A stretch of 54,660 nucleotides of DNA, taken from Chiloscyllium plagiosum. Taxonomy: Eukaryota. The stretch lies in NCBI RefSeq assembly GCF_004010195.1, contig NC_057718.1, positions 80,967,561 to 81,022,220 on the forward strand, written 5' to 3'. Positions within the stretch are counted from its first letter, which is position 1. Each line of letters opens with the position of its first letter. The notes below the pieces were generated by a model. It was not told the origin of the DNA. It ran no database searches and saw nothing but the letters and a program-made list of their open reading frames with translations. Shown one piece after another: positions 24,829-35,041 of the stretch. Made by a program: the position numbers and the translations under genes.

Positions 24829-26186
24829 CAAATCCCAGGTTGGGTTTAGGATTATTGGACTCAAAGGCAGCAGATTATTGGTGTTGTTTTTTATTTCAGG
24901 TGTTGAGTCTGTTTGGTTCAAACAGGATGTGACTTGTGTAGTAATGGCTCTTTCAGTCACTGAGAGTTTCCTGGGGGTGAAAGAGGCCCTTTGGGGAGTT
25001 TTGCAGTAAGTGAGAAAAATAAGGTCCTCAGAATTGGCAGACTAGTTGGAGTTGGGGTTGCCTGTGTCTGCGAAGAAAGGGAAGATAGTTGTGGCAATCA
25101 CACTGCATTTACCATTGCTTGGAATGCCATCAGAATCTTTTGGAAACAGCTAAAATTCAATTGCAAATGAAGCAGCTTGAATTTGATGCAATAGCAAGGA
25201 AAGGAATAGTCCTGGCAGAACAAATAGAAAGGGAAATAAAACAGAGGAAAAGCAGAAAAGAGAGAAGTAAGGGAGAAACCGTTTTTGAATTTGAGGTTGG
25301 AACTGAATTCAAAGTTGACTTAAAATGGCGGAGGTAGAGCAATCCCATTGTAGCCAAACATCTGCTGGGGATCTGTTTAAATATGCCCAAGTATTGCAGA
25401 AGTTTGAGAAGATGTAGAAGCCTTTCATTTCATTTGAGAAAGTGGCTAAATAAATGAAATGACCAGAGACCATGTGGGTATTGTTGGTACAAACAAAGTT
25501 TGTAGGTACAGCTCGTGAGATATTTGCATCACTAATCAGCGTATGAGGTGGTGAGGAAAGCCATCTTAATTGTGTATGAGCTAGTGCCAGAAAGCTACAG
25601 ACAGCATTTCAAGAATCTAAGGCAGGAACCTGGTCAAATGTACAAGTTTGAAAGAATCAAACAAAGTAGTTTTGATAGGTGGGTAAAGGTATTGAAAATA
25701 GATGAAACATATGATGCTCTTAGTCGATTATTTTGGAGGAGTTCAAAAATTCACTTCCTGGAGTAGTAATAACTCATGGGGAGAGCAGACAGTTAAAACT
25801 GCAAGATTAGCAGCAGAAACAAGAGATGATTGAGTTGCTTCATAAGCCAGTTTGACTTCTGACATCAATTTCAGTCTGAGGGATAGAAATTAGGGAAAAA
25901 GAGAAATCCTCAGGTGCTAAGGGAAAAGGAGATCTCATTGAAAAGTGTTTACCACAGGGTAAAAAGGAAACTCCTGAGGAAATAGTAGTAAAAAAAGCTC
26001 AGATGGGACCTACTTTATTGCAGTGAAAACATGAAGTCGCAGTGTTGGTGGTTTAGAAAAAGCAATGGGAAGACAGATATGGGAAAACAGGAAAAGCAAG
26101 TGAGTTTTGTTGGAGTTGTAAAAAAAAGCACAAAAACGTACAACCTGGTCAGGGGTTAGTTGTGATAAAAAGTGCCATATCCCTTT

Positions 26187-26640
26187 AAAGTTACAAATTA
26201 CAACACCAGTTATACACCGTGGGCGGCACGGTGGCACTGTGGTTAGCACTGCTGCCTCACAGCGCCAGAGACCCGGGTTCAATTCCCGCCTCGGGCGACT
26301 GTGTGGAGTTTGCACATTCTCCCCGTGTCTGCGTGGGTTTCCTCCGGGTGCTCTGGTTTCCTCCCACAGTCCAAAGATATGCAGGTCAGGTGAATTGGCC
26401 ATGCTAAATTGCCCGTAGTGTTAGGTTAGGGGTATGGGTGGGTTGCGCTTCGGCGGGGCAGTGTGGACTTGTTGGGCCGAAGGGCCTGTTTCCACACTGT
26501 AAGTAATCTAATCTAATCTTATAGTCCAACAGGTTTATTTGGAAGCGATAGCTTTCTGAACGCTGCTCTTTCATCGGGTAGCTGTGGAGCAGGACCATAA
26601 GACATAGAATTTATAGCAAAAGATTAGTGTCATGCAGTCA
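26187..26640 (-). mobile_element. PLE family A tail with degenerate hammerhead, split by an HE1 SINE
   Basis: aaagttacaaattacaacaccagttata (26187-26214) continues as ttatagtccaacaggtttatttggaagc..ctttctgaacgctgctctttcatcggg (26519 onward). Confidence 0.8.
26221..26518 (+). mobile_element. HE1-type tRNA-derived SINE, full length, young
   Basis: gggcggcacggtggcactgtggttagc (A box), gggttcaattccc (B box), core gtggagtttgcacattctccccgtgtctgcgtgggtttcctccggg, CR1-like tail and (TAATC)n; CpGs retained. Confidence 0.93.
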
Positions 26641-27305
26641 GTGAGCTGAGGAGGACAGTTGGAGTTTAATTTAGATAAATGCAGGGTATTGCATTTTGGA
26701 AAAGCATATCAGGGCAGTACTTATAGACTTAATGGAAAGTTCCTAGTGAGTGTTGCTGAACAAAGAGATCTTGTAGTGCAGGATCATAGTTCCTTGAAAG
26801 TAGAGCCATAGGTTGATAGAATAATGCAGAAGGCATTTGGTATGCTTTCCTTTATTGGTCAGTGCATTGAGTCTAGGAATTGGGAGGTCATGTTGTACCT
26901 GTACAGGACATTGGTTAGGCCACTTTTGAGTATTGTGTGCAAGTCTGATCGCCTTCCTGAGGTGCATGGATAGGATAAATAGACAAAGTCTTTTCCCTGG
27001 GGAGGGGGAGTCCAGAACTAGAGGGCTGAGGTTTCGGGTGAGAGGGAGAAGATATAAAAGGGACCAACTTTTTCATGCAGAGGGGTGGTGCATGTTTGGA
27101 ATGAGCTACCAGAGGAAGTGGTGGAGGCTGGTACAATTACAACATTTAAAAGGCATCTGGCTGGGTATATGAATAGGAAAGGTTTGGAGGGAAATGGGCC
27201 AAGTGCTGGCAAATGGGAATAAATTAGATTAGGGTAGCTGGTTGACATGGACGAGTTGGACCGAAGGGTCTATTTCTGTGCTGTACATCTCTCACTCTGT
27301 GACTC
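26640..27305 (+). mobile_element. CR1 LINE 3' end with an internal deletion
   Basis: tttaatttagataaatg..ttgcattttgg, ttggttaggccacttttgagtattgtgtgc; tail gagttggaccgaagggtct..gactct. Confidence 0.9.
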
Positions 27306-27543
27306 TTAAGTTGTTTTATCAGTGGTTATAGAAAGGAAGTGTTGCAGGTTGCATGTGAATTATCAGTCGGAGGTCATTTATGCGTAAGGAAAACTCAATA
27401 CAAAATACAAAAACATTCTTATTAACCTGGAATGTAGTTGAATTTCCTGGACGTGTAATACATGTCAGATTTAAAAGGAGATTGAATGCATACTCAAAGA
27501 TAATATACCTGGAAGTGAGTTGCAGCGACAAGCTTGATTATGT

Positions 27544-27906
27544 GTGGAGTATCACAAAATCAATGCAGTTGCAACATCGGATTCATATCCTATTCCACAT
27601 TTGGATGATTACACTGAGAAAGTCGGGCAAGCATCTTGTATTTCTAAGTTGGACATATTCAGAGGATACTGGCAGGTACCTTCATCTGAAAGACTGAAGA
27701 TAATTTCGACTTTAGTAACACTGAATTGTCTATACCAGTTTAAAGTCACGGCATTTGGTATGAAAAATGCAACAATTGCATTTCAAAGACTATCAAACAA
27801 AATTATTTCTGGATTATTGAATTGTGTGGTGTATATCGATGACCTGGTGATTTTTAGTCTCACATGTAAGGAACATTTGGAGCATCTATCAGAATTATTC
27901 AATTGA
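27544..27906 (+). pseudogene. Gypsy-type reverse transcriptase fragment
   Basis: DSYPIP, LDIFRGYWQVP, FGMKNA, YIDD motifs. Confidence 0.9.
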
Positions 27907-28889
27907 CTTTGGGAAATGAGCTTGGTGACAAAGCTGGCTAAGAGTAAATTTGCAAAAGCCCAAGTCACATTCGTGGACAATGACCCCACGGGATGTGAAA
28001 TCAAAGGCTTTTGGGGAGTTTCCCATATCATCGAAGAAGGCATTACTACAATTCCTAAGATTGAGTGGTTTCTAATTGAAAGTTCATACTGAACTTCAGC
28101 AGTATGGTTGCTTTACTATCAAAAAGTGTGGTGCTGTAGAAGCACAGCAGGTCTGCTCTTGGTGATGGTTGCTGCCACCACTCTCTAAGTGTAGAAAGCA
28201 TCTGGGTCTGTTTGGTCTAATGTGGTGGAGGAAAACAATATCCTCATCTAAACAGACAAATTTCGTCATTCACAAGACTTAGTTCATTACATATGAGCAA
28301 CGAGTTGCAGGTCACATTGATTGTGTAGACATTGTTACAAAGGTTTTGAGAAGGGCCACATGTTAAATCTCAGAAATTTTGAATTCATGAAATTCAGTCA
28401 AATGTAAAATTGAACATTTTGGTATAGATTTTGTCAAGAAAAAATATACCATTTTTTTTTGTGCACTTGCCTTCTTTTCCCTGGTCTGCTTGAAAGCAGA
28501 ATAAATATCAAACTTAATCAGTGTAATCACTTTAAAATGTGGTTGAGCTGTATTTGTCTAGCCTGCAACATTGCTGTATGGTGCTAATTTATATGGATTG
28601 AACAAATTTACCAAATCATGGATTCTGCAATTAGAGTTTGAATGATTCAGTGAAACATTTTGAATTGAGGAATATTAATCATGCATGGTATATTATGATT
28701 TTTAATAATGTACTTCAAAGGTCAGTTATCTACACTTTTATTTTAGTGTTGTGGAATTCGACTCAACCAAGATTCTATTTAATGTTCTTTTGTGTTCCTA
28801 TGATTAATCTGATTAACATCAATAACATATGTCTGCATTAAAAAGTTGATGAGATATGTGTTTTATTTTATTTCACATTTTCTTCCAGT

Positions 28890-29130
28890 CAACCTGTTCA
28901 GAGGTTGTTACACATCTCAGAAACAGATGACTTGAACCCGGGCCTCCCGATCCAGATGTGGGGACATTACCACTGCACTGCAAGAACCTTGAGATATGAG
29001 TTTTTATTTAACCTATTTTTCTAATCAGCCTGTTCAGTGATATTGCACACACCTCTGGAGCAGGTGGGACTTGAACCTGAGCCGCTTGGGTCTACTGGCA
29101 GGGACGCGGCCACTGCACCACAAGAGCTCC
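28890..29130 (-). mobile_element. Two tandem short tRNA-derived SINE-like units (a third partial unit at about 30938-30980)
   Basis: cctgttcag..cac..ga/ggacttgaacc..ccactgcac..caaga repeated; minus strand gives gtgcagtgg (A box) and ggttcaagtc (B box). Confidence 0.65.
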
Positions 29131-29189
29131 CCTCAAATACGCGATTAAATGACCCAGATGAACTTTTCCGACAGTCGGCAATGAATATT

Positions 29190-30925
29190 GGTCCCTTGGA
29201 AGATGAAACCAGACAGTTAATAGTGGAAATGTTGAGATGGCAGAGATGCTGAATCAATACATTGCCTCGGTTTTCACTGTGGAGGACAATAGTACCATTC
29301 CTATTGGAACGGGCAAGTCGGAGGCAATAGAAAAGGTAGATCTTAGAACAATCAACGTCGTTAGGGAAAAGGTACTGAACAAACTGTTAGAATTGAGGAT
29401 AGACAAGTCCCCCAGGCCTGATGGCTCACATTCAAGGGTATTACAGGAAGTGGCAGTGGAGATAGTGGATCCATTGATTACAATATTCTGACACTGGGAA
29501 AATTCCAGTGGATTGGAAAGTGGCTAATGTAATGCCCTTATTCAAAAAGGGAGGAAGGCAGAATGTGGGAAATTACAGACCAGTTAGATTAACCTCTATT
29601 GTTGGGAAAGTGTGAGAATCAATTATCAAGGAAGCAATTTGAAAAGTCAAAACCCTATCCATCAGGGTCAGGCATGATTTTATGCAGGCCAAGTCATGTT
29701 TGACTAAATTGCTAGAGTTCTTTGAAGATGCAACAAGCAAAATGGATAACGGGGCTCCTGCAGATGTAATATACCTGGAAGGAAGGCATTTGATAAGGTG
29801 CTGCACGAAAGATTAATTCACAAGGTTGGATCATAAAGGATTGGAGGTAATTTATTTAACTTGGTCAGGTGACTGGCTGATGGACAAAAGACAGAGTCGG
29901 GATAATTCTTTTTTTTCTGGATAGCAAGATGTAACTGGGGTGCTGCAGGATTCGGTCCTTGGACCCCAGCTAATTGCAGTCTACATTAATATAGGGATAG
30001 AAGGCTGTATAGCCAAATTTGTGGACAACACATAAATAAGCGGGACAGTAAATTGCAACAAGGAAATAAGAACCTACAAATGGGTATAGGTTAGGAGAGT
30101 GAACCAAAATTTGGCAGATGGATTTTAAGGTGCATAAGTGCAAGGTCATGGATTTGGGCTAAAAATTTGGGAAGGCAACCTATTATCTTAATGGGGAGAG
30201 ACTTCGAAGTGCTCCGGTACAGAAGGATCTGGGTGTCCTTGTTCATGAGTCACAGAAAACTAGCATGCGAGTACAGCAGATAATGAAAAAAGTGAATCGA
30301 ATGTTGGCTTTTATAGCTAAAGGAATAGAATATAAAGGTAAGGAAGTATTGTTGCAACTATACAAGGCATTGGTGAGATTGCATCTAGAGTATTATGCAC
30401 AGTTTTGGTCCCCTTATTTGAGGAAAGATGTGGTAGCATTCGAGGCTGTTCAGAGGAGGTTCACTAGATTGATCCTAGAGATGAGGGGTTTGTCGTATGA
30501 AGCGAGATTGAACAGTTTAGTGCTACATCGTCTGGAAAAGAAGAATGAGGGGAGATCAAATTGAGATATTGTCGATGATAAAAAGTGTGGATAAAAAAAG
30601 ATGTAGGGCAGATGCTTCCTTGTGTGGGGGATTCTAGGGCGTGATGTCATCATCTTCGGATAAGGGGTAGCTAATTTAAAGCAATTGAGGAGAAACTACT
30701 TCTCCCAAAGGGTTGAGAATCAGTGGAATTAGTTACCCCAAAGTGTGGTGGATGCGGCGCAGTGAGTAAACTTAAGGAGGAGTTAGACAGATTTTTAATT
30801 GGTAATGGATTGAAGAGTTATAGGAAGAAGGCAAGAAAATACAGGTGAAGATCATATCAGCCATGATCAAATGGCAGAAACTATCCAATGGGCCAGATGA
30901 CCAAATTCTGCTTTTGTATCTTATG
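29190..30925 (+). mobile_element. CR1 LINE ORF2 RT region and 3' end, decayed
   Basis: MAEMLNQYIASVFTVED..DKSPRPDG..RVLQEVA; NYRPVRLTS; RMLAFIAKGIEYK..LEYYAQFWSPYLRKD. Confidence 0.92.
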
Positions 30926-32845
30926 AACTTACAATTCACTCCTGAGCAGGTGGGACTTGAACCCAAGTGTCTCAGTTCAGGACAGTTCTGAAGACTGGTC
31001 ACCTGATCCAAAATGCTAACTCTGATTTCTCTCCACAGATGCTCCCTACAACTCGCCCCCTCCCCCCAAGTATGTGATTCCAATATATAAAATATTTAAT
31101 GAAATGTTTTGCAATTTCTGTAACTGTTGACACCTGGAATCTTCAGCATGCCTGTTAAATGAAAATTGGTGGATTCCCTCAAAATCTTTCTTGCAATTAA
31201 ATAAGTATTTTAAATTCCAAAACAATCCCTTGACTCATGGTGTCATTTGAGCTACATGCAAGTAGCTCTTCACTACATTTTATTCAAGAGAACAGTATTA
31301 AATTTTGATGTGGAGTCTATTCCTTTATTGTTTTAATGTATCTGCATACACATGACTGGGAAAGACTGATCACAGTAATTTCTCAGTACATCACTTTCTT
31401 GAAATTACTGCATTCATAACTAAGAGAACATGTTTCTCAGGGTGCACTGATTTTTTAATGGATTTTTTGTGACTTTAGTGTGAAGCAAGCTGTTAATAAT
31501 ACAACCTAATGATAAAAAAGGCTGACACTGCAAAATATAAGGCAATTTTCTGCACCCGTTCATTATCTGCCTGTAAAATCTCAAGTTTTTTGGTTTGCTA
31601 AACTCAGCACTACTGTACTAAAGGGCAGGATAAAATATTGTGAACAGCTTGTGGTAGAGCGGGACACTGATCACTTGTGAAGTATAAACTGGTGTTTTCT
31701 ATTTACATCTGTTATATACCAAAAATTGTAATTCATTTTGTCTCACATGGTAAGGTAACCAAAAGCATTATCGCTGTCAATTTAGTTGTTTCCGCAGGGA
31801 AATAGCTCAGGTATATTCACACAGTGATAGTTGGTTATTGAAAACCTCAGTGTTCAATAAGAAATTCTCCCAATATTTCAGATCTGGCTAAATGAGAGCT
31901 TGGCCTAGGTTCTAACTGTACAACTGAATAATATACTGATTTTTGTTTTTGAAAAATATTTTTAAAAAATCTTCTGGCTTATTAATTCTTTATATTGTTT
32001 GTGCTAAGTTCAGAATAGAAGTGACTAAAAGAAGTTTGTGGAGTGAGGTGAGAAAGTAGATAAGAAAATTTGCTTGCATGTGCAGTTTTCAATGATTGAT
32101 TGGCTAGCTAACTGATGTAAAATTGCAATTTGGGACACTCAGAATCAGAAATGTTATGGTGCATGAGGACATTTTTCAGCCCATTCTGTCTGTATGGTGG
32201 AAAAGCACCATGGTTCAGATGTTGATGAAGTTATGATGCATTAAAGGATACAGATTTTCTAATTGAGGTTTTATAGTCTCCAGCAATTTTGTTTCACTTT
32301 CAGATTTCCAGCATCTGTAGTTCTTTATCTTTCAAACATAAATTTAATGTTTCGCAATTACAGGATTGTTGAGTTTGTCAATGTTTGAAAGGTTTCTGAG
32401 CTGGATGTGGAAAAACTAATGCATGAATAGATGTGGTTGCTGGATCATAACGATGCAGCTGTTAGAAGTGAAAAATAGCTTCTGCTAGCTGCTTGTGCAA
32501 CAAGCTGTAGAATACAACATATTTTTACAATAAAAGTAAGGAATTTAGTGGAAGGTTGAGGAGAATGGAAACTATAGGCCTTGAAACAATCAAGAACTGC
32601 CTACAAAGCAACTCGAGTACTTGCTTTAATTAATTTTCTGTTCCAATATCAAAGGAGGAACAGAAATTGCTGGACATTTTGGAGGATGCGTTTGGTTCAG
32701 ATTATTTCTACATGGGTATTTCTCATTATTCAAGATTGCAGATGCAGATTGATAGTACTTCTAATTCTTTTAGCTCAATTAAAAATTATCACCTAAAGGT
32801 GACATTGGATTAAATAAGCCTGATCTTTTCATTACAATGGTTTAT

Positions 32846-33365
32846 TAGAAAGTGAGGACTGCAGATGCTGGAGATCAGTCAAAAAGTGTGTCGCTGGAAA
32901 AGCACAACCGGTCAGGCAGCATCTGAGGAGCAGGAGAGTCTGAGCATAAGCTCTTCATCAGGAGTATGGGGGGATGTGGGATGGGGAGGGGGAAGGTGGA
33001 AGAATGTAACCAAGGGGACTGAGAGATAAATGGGAGTGGCTGGAGGGAAGGTAACTAGGAATGTGATATGTAGATGAAGGTGGGGCGGTGATGGTGACAG
33101 ATTGGAACAGATGGGTGGGAAGGAAGATAGACAGGTAGGATAGTTCAAGAGGGCACTGTCGAGTTGGAGGGTTGGATCTGGGATAAAGTTGGGAGAAAGG
33201 AGATGAGGAAACTGGTGAAATCAACATTGTTCCCTTGTGGTTGGAGGGTCCCATGGTGGAAGGTGAGGATTCTTTCTCTAGGTTTCAGGTGACTAGAATT
33301 TGCCGGTAGAGGAGGCCCAGGACTTGCATGTTCTTGGGAGAGTGGGTGGGGGTGTTGAAGTGTTC
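32846..33365 (-). mobile_element. PLE family B 3' end: GIY-YIG C-terminus, pyrimidine-rich UTR and terminal repeat with damaged hammerhead
   Basis: Minus strand reads EHFNTPTHSPKNMQVLGLLYRQ..; then cCTGATGA-AGAGC-TTAT-GCTC (32962-32942, GAAACGTC deleted); tail ctccagcatctgcagtcctcactttct. Confidence 0.85.
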
Positions 33366-33367
33366 CC

Positions 33368-33546
33368 TGAACACTATGGGCAATTTAGCATGGCCAATTC
33401 ACCTAACCTGCACATCTTTGGATTGGAGGAGTAAACCCATGCAGACACAGGGAAAATGTGCAAACTCCACACACAAGTCATCCGAGGCTGGAATTGAACC
33501 CAGGTCCCTGGAGCTGTGAGGCAGCAGTACTAATTATTGAGCCACC
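33368..33546 (-). mobile_element. HE1-type SINE, partial
   Basis: Reverse complement of HE1 head and core (ggcaatttagcatggccaattcacctaacctgcacatctttgga; ggaattgaaccc). Confidence 0.85.
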
Positions 33547-33584
33547 TAAATGATGCTTTAAAATCCATTGTTGTTTCAAATAGC

Positions 33585-34424
33585 AGTTTGCAGATTACAC
33601 CAAAATTGGAGATGTAGTGCACAGCAAAGAAGGTTACCTCAGATTGCAACGGGGTCTTGATCAGATGGGCCAATGGGCTGAGGACCTGTAGCTGAAGTTT
33701 AATTTAGGTAAATGTGAGGTGCTGCACTTTGGGAAAGCAAATCAGAGCAGGACTTATACACTTAATGCTAAGGCTGTAGGGAGTTTTGATGAGCAAAGAG
33801 ACCTTGGAGTGCAGGTTCATAGCTCCTTTATCATAGAGTTGCAAGTTGATAGGATAGTGAAGAAGGTGTTTGGTTTGCTTTCCTTTATTGGTCATAATAT
33901 TGAATACAGGAGTTCGGATGTCATGTTGCAGCTGTACAGGATGTTGGATAGGCCACTGTTTGAATATTGTGTGCAATTCTGGTCTCCTTCCTATTGGAAG
34001 GATGTTGCAAAACTTGAAAGCGTTCAGAAAAGCTTTAAAACGATGTTGCCAAGGTTGGAGGATTTGAGCTATAGGGAGAGGCTGAATAGGCTGTGGCTGT
34101 TTTCCCTGGAGTGTTGGAGGCTGAGGGGTGACCTTATAGAAGTTTACAAAATCAAGGGGCATGGATAGGCTGAATAGACAGTCTTTTCTCTGGGGTGGGA
34201 GAGTCCAAACTAGAGGGCAGAGGTTTCGGTGAGAAGGGAAAGATATAAAAGAGACCGAAAGAGCATCTTTTTCACGCAGAGGGTGGTGTGTATATGAATA
34301 GGAAGGGTTTGGAGGGATACGGGCCAAGTGTTGGCATATGGCACTGGATTAATTTGGGATATCTGGTCAGCATGGACGAGTTGGACGGAAGGGTCTGTTT
34401 CCATGCTGTACATCTCTGACTCTC
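33585..34424 (+). mobile_element. CR1 (HER1-like) LINE 3' end
   Basis: ORF 33719-34168 LHFGKANQ..EQRDLGVQVH..FEYCVQFWSP..RLRGDLIEVYKI; tail ggacgagttggacggaagggtctgtttccatgctgtacatctctgactct. Confidence 0.93.
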
Positions 34425-34723
34425 AAAATGAGAAACTGAAGAATGACTAAAGATAGTTCCTTGTCCAGTCTGTGCTGCAAAAGTTAGAGATTGTCCTCTA
34501 AATTATAGAGCAGCAGAAATATCATCTTTTACCTGCCGAGTGCTTATGTTTGTAAACTGTTTCAATTTGCATTTGTGCAAAATTGGTTGATAATTATTCA
34601 TACCTGTGCATATCAGTGTGTTTTAACATCCTCTCACTAGCCCTTCAGAGTAAACAAATGGCAAAGATTTATGTTTTAAGAATTTTAACATTTAAATTGT
34701 TTCAAAACTGAATTGATTTAATA

Positions 34724-35041
34724 GGGCGGCACGGTGGCACAATGGTTAGCACTGCTGCCTCACAGCGCCAGAGACCCGGTTCAATTCCCATCTCAGGCGA
34801 CTGACTGACTTTGTGGAGTTTGCACTCACTTCCAGTGTCTGTGTGGGTTTTCTCTGGGTGCTCTGGTTTCCTCCCACAGTCCAAAAATGTGCAGGTTAGG
34901 TGAATTGGCTATGCTAAATTGCCTGTAGTGTTAGGTGAAAGAGTAAATGTAGGGGAATGGGTCTGGGTGGGTTGTGCTTTGGCAGGTTGGTGTGGACTTG
35001 TTGGCCCCAAGGGCCTGTTTCCACACTGTAAGTAATCTAAT
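34724..35041 (+). mobile_element. HE1-type SINE, full length
   Basis: Colinear with 26221-26518; A and B boxes; tail gggcctgtttccacactgtaagtaatcta. Confidence 0.93.

Larger units (their letters stand above)
24696..28110 (+). mobile_element. Decayed Gmr1-like Gypsy LTR retrotransposon (LTR end, PBS, gag, RT) with nested insertions
   Basis: ..ccataaca LTR end at 24806; PBS-like TGGGGGCTATTGTCGGGAT at 24810-24828; gag VRKAILIVYELVPESYRQHFKNL (25548-25766); RT INAVATSDSYPIPHLDD..SKLDIFRGYWQVP..AFGMKNA..VYIDDLVIFS (27544-27906). Confidence 0.85.

Noticed and set aside
26221..26295. tRNA-like A and B boxes
   Set aside because: SINE head; there is no complete cloverleaf and it continues into SINE core and tail, so it is not a tRNA gene.
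26010..26402. 130-aa ORF (MANSPDLHIFGLWEETRAPGGNPRRHG...)
   Set aside because: Antisense reading of the HE1 SINE; a common spurious prediction.
33704..34327. 207-aa minus-strand ORF
   Set aside because: Antisense shadow of the CR1 ORF2 fragment on the plus strand.
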